Shown: in pieces, positions 27,481-36,600 of the stretch
Position numbering within the stretch: position 1 is the first letter of the stretch
Layout of the letters: each line of letters begins with the position of its first letter
Assembly: GCA_963699985.1 (NCBI GenBank)
Contig: CAVOVZ010000027.1
Span: 16,128 to 80,127, forward strand
Direction of reading: 5' to 3'
DNA length: 64,000 bases
From: Terriglobia bacterium
Lineage (GTDB): Bacteria > Acidobacteriota > Polarisedimenticolia > Polarisedimenticolales > CAVOVZ01
The notes under the pieces: generated by a model
What the model was told of the DNA's origin: nothing
Database searches by the model: none
What the model saw: only the letters and a program-made list of their open reading frames with translations
Made by a program: the position numbers and the translations under genes

Positions 27481-27756
27481 GTGCGAATGAAGGTCTGGAA
27501 GGCTGTCCTCGTCGCGAATTTACTGTTGCTCACGCTCCTTGCGGTGCCGTGGGTTTTTGTGGGGTTCATCGCGCTCGGGTTCGCCGGACAGGTTTCTCCT
27601 CTGATCACGCTCTACCTCTTCTTGTACTGCGCCGTCGCAGTCGTCACCCGCGTGCACTGGCGGCGTCCGAGATGGTACCTGCCGCTGATCGCCCTGTGCT
27701 TGTCCCTCCCGTTCTACTTCGCCTACGTCTCCGACTATCTGGAAGGGCGCGGATGA
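27481..27756 (+). CDS. Small integral membrane protein (3 predicted TM helices)
   Basis: AAGGAGG upstream. GTG at 27481 or ATG at 27487. KVWKAVLVANLLLLTLLAVPWVFVGFIALGFAGQVSPLITLYLFLYCAVAVV..LPLIALCLSLPFYFAYV. Confidence 0.65.
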   Translation: MRMKVWKAVLVANLLLLTLLAVPWVFVGFIALGFAGQVSPLITLYLFLYCAVAVVTRVHWRRPRWYLPLIALCLSLPFYFAYVSDYLEGRG

Positions 27757-27848
27757 CCCGATCAGGTGGGTCAGCCCAGTCGGCCGGTGGCATCCTGGGA
27801 CAGAACGGCGCCGGGACCGAAAGGCCGAACGCGAATCGGTGTCCGTAG
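27753..27848 (+). other. 31-codon micro-ORF overlapping the previous stop (ATGA), ending in CP-tail relic copy 2
   Basis: MTRSGGSAQSAGGILGQNGAGTERPNANRCP-TAG. The 3' 60 nt (27789-27848) is homologous to the other tail relics. Coding status unknown. Confidence 0.3.
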
Positions 27849-28379
27849 CGAGCCCGATGACATACTTCTGAACCATCCCTCGGCGCAGTTCGGGCATGGG
27901 TCACCTTCTGAAGGCCCACCCGGCCCGAAGGGGGCCCTGCACCGAAACCTCACGACGGAGAGTCGAGGTTTGTGAACCACCGGCACCGATGGAGTAATTC
28001 AACGTCCTTGATGGCTCGAGGTCAAAGCCCCGCTCGAGTGCCGGCGGCGATGCCCTGCGCTCAGAGGATGAGGCTCACAAACTCCCCGCGTTACCTTCCG
28101 CTCCCGAGCGTATACTGCCAGACAGCGACCGTGACGGCTTGCTGAGAAGGCTGATCGATGCCGCGGAAGAACCAGGCGTTGATCGGGAGCGATGCGGTAG
28201 GCGGCGCGTTTTTCCTCGTACCGTCGACTCGATCCTCCCCAGTTTGCTGCTCGAGCACGTCAGCCCGTCTTTCGCGAAGACTCTCCCGCTTTCATCCCTC
28301 GTTTCGGAAAACCGCAACATGTCGTAGTGCGGGACACTCGCCGTGATAAAGAAACGTTTCGGAGAATAGGAGGTGCGAC

Positions 28380-29213
28380 GTGAAGAGCGCAACACAGAGG
28401 GCCTCGCCTGGATTCGTCCTGCTGGCCATTCCGTTCCTCGTGATAGGAAGTGTGGCCTTTGCAGAAAACATCGATCCTGGCAACGAAGGTTCCCGGTACG
28501 CCTGGGCAGAGAACTTGGGCTGGATCAACCTTCAACCGAACGGCCCTGGTGGACCCGGCGTGCAGGTTTCGGATTCGGACCTGACCGGTTGGGCCTGGTC
28601 AGAGAACGCGGGATGGGTCAGCCTGTCGTGCACGAACCGTTCGTGTTCCGTCCGAAGCTACGGCGTGACGAACGACGGGTGTGGCACCCTCGCGGGCCAC
28701 GCGTGGTCGGAGAACGCCGGCTGGATCAACTTCGCGCCCACGGGGGCGGGGGTCGTGATCGATCCCAAGACCGGGATGTTCAGCGGTCGGGCCTGGTCAG
28801 AGAACGCCGGTTGGATCACGTTCTCGTCGGCCGGTCCCAACCCGTACCGGGTGGCGACCGCTTGGCGTCGGGCCATCCCGGCGGGAAGGCCAGGTCTTGC
28901 CGCGGACAAGGCTGGCGGCAGCAACGTGCTCCTCTCGTGGACCGCGGTGTCCGGAGCGACCTCGTACGACGTGGTCCGCGGCGGGGTTAGCGATCTGCTG
29001 AACTCGAACGGTAGCTTTCAGTCCGCGACGCAGACGTGCATCGCCAACACGACCGATACGTCTTTCACCACGGGCGGGACGCCGAGTGAGGGCGACGGCT
29101 ATTGGTTCCTCGTCCGCGGCCACAATTGCGGTGGCGCCGGGACCTATGACGACGGAACCCAGGTTGGCTCGCGCGACGCTGGCATCACCGCGTCGGGCAA
29201 TGACTGCCCCTGA
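28380..29213 (+). CDS. Secreted GW-repeat protein with CP-type C-terminal module
   Basis: GTG after AGGAGG, then a signal peptide. Five AW(A/S)EN(L/A)GWI(N/S/T) repeats. C-terminus LLSWTAVSGATSYDVVRGG..GDGYWFLVRGHNCGGAGTYD..SGNDCP-stop. Confidence 0.85.
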   Translation: MKSATQRASPGFVLLAIPFLVIGSVAFAENIDPGNEGSRYAWAENLGWINLQPNGPGGPGVQVSDSDLTGWAWSENAGWVSLSCTNRSCSVRSYGVTNDGCGTLAGHAWSENAGWINFAPTGAGVVIDPKTGMFSGRAWSENAGWITFSSAGPNPYRVATAWRRAIPAGRPGLAADKAGGSNVLLSWTAVSGATSYDVVRGGVSDLLNSNGSFQSATQTCIANTTDTSFTTGGTPSEGDGYWFLVRGHNCGGAGTYDDGTQVGSRDAGITASGNDCP

Positions 29214-29240
29214 ACGGGGTCACGAAAAGGAAGGTCAGCC

Positions 29241-29909
29241 ATGAAAGCGACGACGATGAGACTCATGCTCGTGCTTGCGATCGGTTCAGTCGTTCTCGGG
29301 CCAGGCGCGGCGGGTACCTTGGACCCTCCGGGGCCTCCGGCGCCGACCATGGTCACGCTTCAACAGATTTACGACAAGATCGGTGCGAGTCTGACTGGTG
29401 TTCCGAAGACGGGTCAGACCGGTTGCTGGAACGCAACCGGCACCCCTATCGCCTGCGACGGGACGGGCCAGGATGGCGACTATCAGAAGGGTGTTTCGGT
29501 GTCGCCTCGCTTCACAGACAACGGGAATGGAACCGTGAAGGACAACCTGACGGGATTGATCTGGTTGAAGAACGCTAACTGTTTTGGTTACCGGACCTGG
29601 ACGAACGCGCTGACCGACGCGAACACCCTGTCCGACGGGGCCTGTGGTCTGACGGACGGCTCGGTAGACGGGGCCTGGCGCTTGCCGAACGTGAGGGAGC
29701 TGCAGAGCCTGATTGACTATGGTCATTGGAATCTTGCACTCCCTGCAGGCCATCCGTTCTCCGGGGTGCAGTCGGGCGACTGCTGGTCGTCTACGTCGAG
29801 CGCGTACCGCCCGGACTACGCGTGGTTCGTGTACCTGGGCGTCGGCTACGTCGACAGCGCCTACAAGCCCAGCAACCTCTGTGTGTGGCCGGTCCGTGGT
29901 GGACAGTGA
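29241..29909 (+). CDS. Secreted DUF1566 (Lcl C-terminal domain)-like protein
   Basis: Signal peptide. ..GTVKDNLTGLIWLKNANCFG..TWTNAL..GAWRLPNVRELQSLID..WSSTS.. is the DUF1566 pattern. Lies 27 nt after the previous gene, with AAGGAAGG upstream. Confidence 0.85.
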   Translation: MKATTMRLMLVLAIGSVVLGPGAAGTLDPPGPPAPTMVTLQQIYDKIGASLTGVPKTGQTGCWNATGTPIACDGTGQDGDYQKGVSVSPRFTDNGNGTVKDNLTGLIWLKNANCFGYRTWTNALTDANTLSDGACGLTDGSVDGAWRLPNVRELQSLIDYGHWNLALPAGHPFSGVQSGDCWSSTSSAYRPDYAWFVYLGVGYVDSAYKPSNLCVWPVRGGQ

Positions 29910-29965
29910 GGCGGTTCCCGACGCTCGACTCGTGAACGACCGGCGACGTTGACCTGGCAACCGGG

Positions 29966-30043
29966 GTTGCGAACGGCGTCGCGGGGAGCCTGGGGCAGGA
30001 CAGCCGCGGGGTGGAGAGGACGAACGGGAGTCCGTGTCCGTAG
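29966..30043 (+). repeat. CP-tail DNA relic, copy 3
   Basis: Translates VANGVAGSLGQDSRGVERTNGSPCP-TAG. It is in a different frame from the DUF1566 gene, is blocked by an upstream TGA, and has no start codon. Confidence 0.8.
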
Positions 30044-30127
30044 GCTGGGTTCGTCGGTAGGCGCCGGAGAGTAGACACGCCTGGTGGATACGCGCATCCA
30101 CGAAGACAAGACCCAAACACCCCCGCC

Positions 30128-30940
30128 CTACAGCGCGAGTCTCTCGACTCGTGGCGGTAATACGCGAGGTCCCTGGCACGGCCCGAATGCGACCCACGAG
30201 GGGATCCTTCCCCGGAAGATCGCGTAGGCGCTCATCGCGGGATCGACGGGCCCACGCATCGCGTCGATCTTCGCCTTCTCACCGAAGATTTCGACGTCCT
30301 CCCACTCGTTGGAGTCGGGCGCCACGCCGCTGACGGATCCACCTCCTGCGGCACCCGTTCCAACGAGTTCGGGCCCTGGCATCGGAGCGAGGATCGCGAA
30401 GTACGGGATGGAGCCGAACCGGGGACGCACCTCGACGGCGATCGCTTCCGGATCGTCCTCGTAGTTCCTGTGCACGGTCCAGTGGTAATTCTCCAAGTGC
30501 TGCTGCGGCAGACACGGAATGCGGCCCTCGACACCTGCCACGACTCGATCCACCCACTGGGGTGCCTTAAGATCGACGTACAAGCGCGAACGGATCGCGA
30601 GGGGTAGCTGTTCCGCGGGCACGCGATCCACGAGACCGATGAGGGGGAAGCCCTCGCCTCGCGCGTTGAGGGTGCGAAGACGCGCGTACTCGAGTTCCTC
30701 CCGGCACGCCTCTCGCGAAACGCTGTTCGGTGTCAGGAGCCAACCCCATGCGTCCGTGCCCTCGTCCACGATCGCAGCCTCGATTTGCGGCCAGAGCCTC
30801 CGACCCGGTACGACCACACGATCATCAAAAAGGACGTCGAGGCCGGCCCGCTCAATCCGCTGAACGAGCCAACTGAAGTCTCCTTCTGCATCGTCAAGAC
30901 GCGCGTAGGTCAAGAACAGCTTCCGTTTCGGCGTGCCCAT
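30128..30940 (-). CDS. TIR-domain protein with uncharacterized C-terminal domain
   Basis: N-terminus KLFLTYARLDDAEGDFSWLVQRIERAGLDVLFDDRVVVPGRRLWPQIEAAIVD..WLLTPNSVSREACREELEYA has the bacterial TIR pattern. About 140 aa of C-terminal domain is unassigned. Confidence 0.85.
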   Translation of the reverse strand: MGTPKRKLFLTYARLDDAEGDFSWLVQRIERAGLDVLFDDRVVVPGRRLWPQIEAAIVDEGTDAWGWLLTPNSVSREACREELEYARLRTLNARGEGFPLIGLVDRVPAEQLPLAIRSRLYVDLKAPQWVDRVVAGVEGRIPCLPQQHLENYHWTVHRNYEDDPEAIAVEVRPRFGSIPYFAILAPMPGPELVGTGAAGGGSVSGVAPDSNEWEDVEIFGEKAKIDAMRGPVDPAMSAYAIFRGRIPSWVAFGPCQGPRVLPPRVERLAL

Positions 30941-31304
30941 CTCTTACCTCGGCATAACATCGGCTCTCTGCTACCGGGGAGAGCGCGAGAGCCGGCGATG
31001 CCTCTCCTTTCCGCCACCCAACAGGTGCGGTCCAAGGTGGGAGAGTCTACACGTGTTCTCGGCGGTCGGGATGGGCGCGATGTGGCGGGCAGGAGTTCCG
31101 CATCGGCATACGGGCGGACCGTTGCGCCGGCCCGGGGGACCGGGGACCTCTCGTCCGGGAGAGGCGTCCCCCTGGGCTGGCTGGTTCGCTCGCTTTTCTG
31201 TCGGATCCTCCTGCACTCGTGGGAGCTGGGTGCGAGGGTTGGGGGTCGGAGGGATGGGACGCCGTTGGACCGGCGCGACCAATTCGCCGGGGGCGTCGGC
31301 GGGT

Positions 31305-32642
31305 TCAGCTCGTATCCCAAACCGGGCCGCTTAGGCGGGCCAGGTCGTCCAGCATCTCCTGGACCAACCGGCAGATCGTCCGCGTGACGTCTTTGCCTCG
31401 GTCTCGGCCGTAAGCACGCAACTGTCGATAGAGGAAGAGCGTCAACAGATTGTAGGCGACGAAGAACAGCCGGTAGAGTGCCAGGATCCCATTGCGGTCG
31501 TGAGTGAACACATGCCCGAATGCCCAATGCTTCGTCCACTGGTGGAAGCCGGTGTTTTCGATGTGCCATCGCCCGCGACCCACCGCGAGCACTCGACGCG
31601 CGGACAGGCGCGTCGCGCAACCGGTCACGGCCATGCACCATTCACGTGCCGACTTCTCCGGGTGCCGCAGATCGCCCACGCGAGCAAGAACCACCCGAAT
31701 CGAACCGCGGTACGTGTCCAGGGTCTCCAGCCCGGGACAGTCCCACAACTCCACTCGCTCATTCGCTTCGAGATCCTCGATCACACTCTGGGGAGCTTGG
31801 TTGCTACAAAGCCTGCGTGCTTCCTTCAACGGCTCATCGCTCTCCCGACGCGCGATGACCACGGCCCCCATCCCCAGTTCCTTCACCAAGCTCAGAAAGG
31901 GCCCGTTCGAGTAAAGTCCATCGGCCACCGCCACGTCCAGCCACCCGAAGGTCTCCTTCACCCTGCGCAACAGCCGCTTGGCTGCCGTCAGCTCCCCCTC
32001 GTCTTCGTTGTCTCGGGCTGCACCCTCCGGCCGCAAGTCGTGCGGGAGCACCGGCTCGATGTCTAGCGCCAGATCGAATCGGGCGTCGATGAGCATCGCC
32101 ACCGCGTACCGGTGGTAGTACTGCTCGACCTCCTTGATCTCCCCCTTCCGAGTCTTGACCTTCACCCGTCGAATCAGGCACCCCTCGCAGTGGCGGTTCC
32201 AGGATTGGATCGGCTCCCAGCCGTCCACGGCAACGTAGCGCAGAGCGAAATGCCAACCCTCGCGGAAAACCTTGTTCCGTTCCGCCTGGGCCAGCAGCCT
32301 GACGTTTATCTCCCGCACCGTCGCCAAGTCGGCCACTCGTACGGCTCGGCTCAGGGTGTCTGCCCCGCACAACTTGCGCACCTTCTCCGCGGCGCCGATC
32401 AACCACAAGAACGGCCTCTCCGATAGCCTCGGCTCCAACGCGTTGAAGCTCCGAATCCGAAGCAAGCCGGCGAAAAGAACCGTGCTCGCCACTTCCCACG
32501 CCGGTGTCCGTGGTCGCCGCCGCCCGTCCCGGACCCCACCGAGCAGATCCTTCAGGTCGTAGACATCCCGACCATAGGTCACCAACTGGCGTAATCGCCC
32601 TGGACCGATTCTCCATGGACCCGGCCCCGCGTCGGCCAGCAC
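31305..32642 (-). CDS. IS4-superfamily DDE transposase
   Basis: 445 aa. ..YVAVDGWEP.., ..VAVADGLYSNGPF.., C-terminal GRGRWHIENTGFHQWTKHW (YREK-type signature). Confidence 0.85.
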   Translation of the reverse strand: MLADAGPGPWRIGPGRLRQLVTYGRDVYDLKDLLGGVRDGRRRPRTPAWEVASTVLFAGLLRIRSFNALEPRLSERPFLWLIGAAEKVRKLCGADTLSRAVRVADLATVREINVRLLAQAERNKVFREGWHFALRYVAVDGWEPIQSWNRHCEGCLIRRVKVKTRKGEIKEVEQYYHRYAVAMLIDARFDLALDIEPVLPHDLRPEGAARDNEDEGELTAAKRLLRRVKETFGWLDVAVADGLYSNGPFLSLVKELGMGAVVIARRESDEPLKEARRLCSNQAPQSVIEDLEANERVELWDCPGLETLDTYRGSIRVVLARVGDLRHPEKSAREWCMAVTGCATRLSARRVLAVGRGRWHIENTGFHQWTKHWAFGHVFTHDRNGILALYRLFFVAYNLLTLFLYRQLRAYGRDRGKDVTRTICRLVQEMLDDLARLSGPVWDTS

Positions 32643-32658
32643 AGTGGCCTCGATGCTG

Positions 32659-33120
32659 TCAGCTCGGTTCGTGACCTTCTCCTCGAGGACGAGGGCCCCG
32701 GTGCCGTGCCGCAGGAAGCGGACGGTCGGGAGGGTAAGGATCGAGTAACGAACGTCCGAGCTCGTCGATCAGTTCCAGTTGCTGCTCGTTCAGCTCAGCC
32801 AGCCCTGCTCGGACCTGCCAGAACCGACGGTAGCGACCTACCCCGGCGGAAACCTTCTCCTCCTCGGCGACAGGGACGTGAACCTGGCGGACTCTCCCCC
32901 CGTCCGTTGCCGAAAGGTATCTGGACTCGTGCAACTCTCCGCGGGTACAGCGGCATCCCGCCTTCCCGCAGACGCGAGATCGGGCCCCGAAGCTGCCACG
33001 AATCAGAGGCCCTCGCTCGGCCAGGATGCGCCGGAGCAGCGCCTCGTACCGCCGCCCGAGGTCAAGAATCCGCTGCCGAAGCCGGCTGCTCTCGCTCCCC
33101 ATCGCGGTGAAGGCTAGCAT
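32659..33120 (-). CDS. DUF6788-like protein accompanying the transposase
   Basis: CGKAGCRCTRGELHESRYLSATDGGRVRQVHVP resembles the CGKxxCxCxxGxxHGPYxYL motif. Same strand, 16 nt upstream of the transposase. Confidence 0.6.
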   Translation of the reverse strand: MLAFTAMGSESSRLRQRILDLGRRYEALLRRILAERGPLIRGSFGARSRVCGKAGCRCTRGELHESRYLSATDGGRVRQVHVPVAEEEKVSAGVGRYRRFWQVRAGLAELNEQQLELIDELGRSLLDPYPPDRPLPAARHRGPRPRGEGHEPS

Positions 33121-33213
33121 GTTCTGGCATACAAGTCAAATTAATAACTGTGCCAGATTTCAACCCCAGAATCCTCTCGGGAACCGGCCCTCGCCGAACG
33201 CCTCTCACTTCAT

Positions 33214-33345
33214 GGGCTTAGAGGTCGCCGCGGAACTCCTGTGTGGCGGGCTCTATGCGTGAAAAGCGTTGAGATCTCCGGCGGTAGAGTTCACCAGAAC
33301 GCCCGTTTCCGATTCCGGCAGGCCTGGCTCCCCAGACATATCGCA
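33214..33345. repeat. Repeat family X (second copy ~63238-63470)
   Basis: gagatctccggcggtagagttcaccagaacgcccgtttccgattccggcaggcctggctcccca vs gagatgtcgagcggcagagttaaccaaaccgcccgtttcggatttgggacggtctgcctcccca. Both copies are preceded by cttagagg. Confidence 0.5.
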
Positions 33346-33574
33346 AATCACACCGAAAAAAGAGCGCCGTTTCAACAGGGAGCATGCTTGCTGGAGAGCC
33401 GGGACCACGTGTAATACGTGTAGTAGATGAAGAGGGCCTGCCCCGGGCCAGTGACAGAACACCCGGCAGCAGAGGCGCCACATCGACGGAGCACCGATCC
33501 AAGCAGCTTCCGCGTACGAGCCTCGCCATTTTGGAACACAACCTTCTCCTCGCATTCTCCTCGCGCCCGACAGC

Positions 33575-34520
33575 CATCGATGCGCCATGGTCGACGTGTC
33601 GCCCACGAACCGTGCATGCCCCACCAGACGATGCTTCGCGGTGCTCACGGTGTTGGCGGGGACCAGAACCCGCGCGAATTTGGTGAATAGCGCGGGTGAC
33701 CCTCGGTTTTCTTCGCCGCTTCTGGTCGAGGGGAGCTTGCCGTAGCAGCGCCTGTGGGAGCGGTGGGAATCCGCAGTTTGGATTTCCACGGCTTCCACAG
33801 GTCCGGCGCGCGTAGTTTCCGAGAGACGAGGGAATCCGGTTCCGAGCCTGACCAACCGGCATACCATGAACGGTGATGCCCGAAGCCCGACGCCAGTTGT
33901 TGAATCGTGCTCACCGGCTCCTCCAGTGCAGCGGCTGCCGGTGCTTGTTCATCCTCTGCCGTGCCTGCGCCCGGAGACGGCGGTACTGCTCGGATACGTG
34001 TGCCGCTGATGCACGTTGTCGAAGCCTGCGGGAGGCCGGCAGGCGGTACCAAAGGACTCTGGTCGGTGCCTATCGGAATGCCCTTCGTCAGCGCGATTGG
34101 CGGGCACGTCGGCGAGGCCGCGTAACGCATCAGTCTCGGCATCGAGCGGCTCCCGTACACCGTTGTGGCGGCGCGGGAGCCTCTGGTCACCCAACTCAGC
34201 ACCCCGAGGTCGCCGGTCCCGCCTCTCCGGGCCCTCGTCTGACTCAAGGCCACACTCAGGCGTTTCGGCATAGGTCCGCGGTTCGCTGCCACTCGTGCCA
34301 CCGGTTCTGCAACGCCTTTGCTGTCGTTGGTCCAGTCGGACCGCGAAGAACCCGCCACCACCGTTCGCGCGCGTCTTCACCGGATTGACGCGCTTTTACA
34401 ACCCCGCCAACACTCACGGCGCTCGTGAAGACCTCGACCCCGACGCGTTCATCGACTGCGTCCCCTCCGACGCCGGCATTCTCGCCTGCGTTCTCGGCCG
34501 AAACAACCGCTGGAGCGGTT
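33575..34520 (+). mobile_element. IS481-like right-end remnant split by a ~0.75-kb insertion
   Basis: 33575-33650 and 34410-34520 are collinear with 26195-26400. Ends in CTGGAGCGGTTCACC (compare CTGGCGCGGTTCACC). ctcacgg is present at both insertion borders. Confidence 0.4.
33873..34388 (+). CDS. Hypothetical Cys-rich (zinc-ribbon-like) protein inside the insertion
   Basis: CSGCRCLFILCRACARRRRYCSDTCAADARCRSLREAGRRYQ. The composition beyond that is Arg-rich and weakly coding-like. Confidence 0.3.
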   Translation: MMPEARRQLLNRAHRLLQCSGCRCLFILCRACARRRRYCSDTCAADARCRSLREAGRRYQRTLVGAYRNALRQRDWRARRRGRVTHQSRHRAAPVHRCGGAGASGHPTQHPEVAGPASPGPRLTQGHTQAFRHRSAVRCHSCHRFCNAFAVVGPVGPRRTRHHRSRASSPD

Positions 34521-35407
34521 CACCCGCTGCTGACACAGACGCGAACCTCCTCCGACACGAGCACCTCTCGCAACAGGAGTGGATCCGTCTCATCGTCGGT
34601 GGGCTCATGTTCATACCAGAACCTGATACCGTAGCACCCGGCTTGGATCCGATTGCCGCCTTTGTGGAGGTACTTTCGCAAGTCCATAGGCTGACGGAAC
34701 TTCTGCCCGCTGCCGATGGTATGTTGTTCATCGCGATGACCGCCGGCTGGATCACCCCGAATCGCTGCGGCGCCGACAATCGATCCCTGCCAGCTCTCCA
34801 GTGTCTCGCCATCCTTCTTCTCACGAAAACGTCGCACTCGCCACACTGACGGCAACTGCGACACGACGACCACTATCGCCTCTGAGCAGTCGTTCGTCAC
34901 CGAAATCGTGCCGCCGAGTGCTTCGTCCTGGCGATAGCTCCGTTGTGCCAGCGTGACATGAAGTGAGTGCTTCCGGCACCTACCGAACTCGCCAGCCTCA
35001 AGCTCGCCTTCGAGGCTGGCGGCAGTACGTCGGATCTTCTGTCCTCCCTTCAGGAGCAGAATTCTCTGCACTTCCTTATGGCACGAAGTCGAATCGATCT
35101 CGCACAGACTGCGCAGAGCCATGGAGGCGACGGATTCATCCGCGTCGTCAATCAAGCGGCTTAGGTGTCTCGCAGCATCTGGGACCTCGACGCGCCCCAG
35201 TATGATCGCCGTCCGCGCGCGAACTCTCGGATCGGTGCTGCGCGTCAGAGCAATTAAGGCTCGACCCAAGTTCGCGCACCGGTCGTGGGTCAGAATCTCT
35301 GCTACAACTCCGCCATCCCGCTCGTCCTCCAAGCGGTCTAACCATCGCTCATCACACCAGTCATAGCCATACTTCTTCTCGACGTGCTCTCGCTCTGCGG
35401 AGGCCAT
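34520..35407 (-). CDS. HEAT-repeat protein, candidate immunity protein for the upstream RHS toxin tip
   Basis: Start MASAEREH (the ORF is open further upstream). HEAT-like LTRSTDPRVRARTAIILGRVEVPDAARHLSRLIDDADESVASMALRSL. Lower G+C. Immediately downstream of the toxin on the same strand. Confidence 0.55.
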   Translation of the reverse strand: MASAEREHVEKKYGYDWCDERWLDRLEDERDGGVVAEILTHDRCANLGRALIALTRSTDPRVRARTAIILGRVEVPDAARHLSRLIDDADESVASMALRSLCEIDSTSCHKEVQRILLLKGGQKIRRTAASLEGELEAGEFGRCRKHSLHVTLAQRSYRQDEALGGTISVTNDCSEAIVVVVSQLPSVWRVRRFREKKDGETLESWQGSIVGAAAIRGDPAGGHRDEQHTIGSGQKFRQPMDLRKYLHKGGNRIQAGCYGIRFWYEHEPTDDETDPLLLREVLVSEEVRVCVSSG

Positions 35408-35762
35408 CGCTGAGAGCGGTGATCTGGTAGGTTGTTTCGGAAGTTCGCCAGCCTTCGAGTGGCTCGCTCGAGGCGCCCCGCCCGTCGAGTCACACCGCGT
35501 GATCCCCTGAGCCTGATAGACCTCACTCCGCAATTCCGAGCAAGACTGCGAGTGGGAACCCGCGATCCAAACAGCACTGAAGAGCGCCACAAAGTACCGG
35601 AAGCCGCGCTTGGCATTCGTGAGCGCCGCACGCCTGTGCAGACTCCCGAGCAAGATGGTCGACGCATGTGAGCCACACCGACGTTCTCGTTCCCCATCGA
35701 TCCGGCACCGATTGTGTGCCGCAGCAGCGATTGGACTCACCGGTCCACCGCTATTCGGGACG

Positions 35763-36600
35763 TCACTTGGTCTTCGCAACTCTCTGCTCCCTGTACATCT
35801 CGTTGGCGACATCGGTTCGTTCCTCGGCCAGCGCGTGTCCGCCTGTCGCAGCCTTCACGTCTTCGGCAGTACCGGCCGGGTCAGCTTGCGCGAGAACACC
35901 AAGAGACGCCTCGAATCTGACCAGCCGATCAATTGCATCCGCACTGCCCTGTCGCACTGAGCTGCCAGGTTCCCGCGAGGTAGCGGCTCCTGCCAATTCC
36001 GGATCTATGCCCACGTCTATGGTGGTCGTTCCCGCTTGGGAATCGTACTGAAGCCTCGCCATTCCCCCGTCCTTCATCAGGTCGCTGCACACCCCTGTTG
36101 GATAATTGATGTAGCTGACATTGACGACGACGTCCGGGGAATCCATCAGCGCCTGGAAGATCGGTGACTGCGTCGCGAGATTGTCGAGAGCGGCATGGGT
36201 ATCCGGGTCCGTTGCGCCGTTAATCACGGTTTGCCCGTCGGGGTCCTTGAGCACCAGCGGGCTGTTTCGCGAATAGGTGAACTTGTTCGAGCTCTGAGGA
36301 GCATCGACACTTGTGTCATCAACCGGATCGACGCTCAGAAACCGCGCCAACCCCGCCCCGTAGTACCTAGCTAACATGTAATCCAACCCAACCTCCCGAT
36401 CCCGCTCGTGTCCGGTGCACTCGATCCGGTTCCCCACGCTGTCCGAATACTCCCGCCTCCTGGCCGAACGGGTAGTACTTGTACGCAGCCAGCGGCACCC
36501 CCATCTCGTCGGTCAGACGACAACGGCGCCGGCCGAGGTGATCCCAGTGCACGTACTGGAACGCCGTCGTCGGCCGCCGCGGAATTCTACCAAGTTCCAT
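35763..36600 (-). pseudogene. Orphan RHS repeat-associated core end + C-terminal toxin domain (one frameshift)
   Basis: YVHWDHLGRRRCRLTDEMGVPLAAYKYYPFGQEAG, then a frame change near 36440, then NRIECTGHERDREVGLDYMLARYYGAGLARFLSVDP, the canonical RHS core terminus. About 170 aa of unassigned C-terminal domain follows. No RHS body upstream. Confidence 0.75.

Noticed and set aside
27900-28379. Lower-G+C spacer with ORFs such as 28075..28395 (-)
   Set aside because: Ser/Arg-rich translation, no RBS, and overlap with the promoter region of the 28380 gene. It is treated as non-coding.
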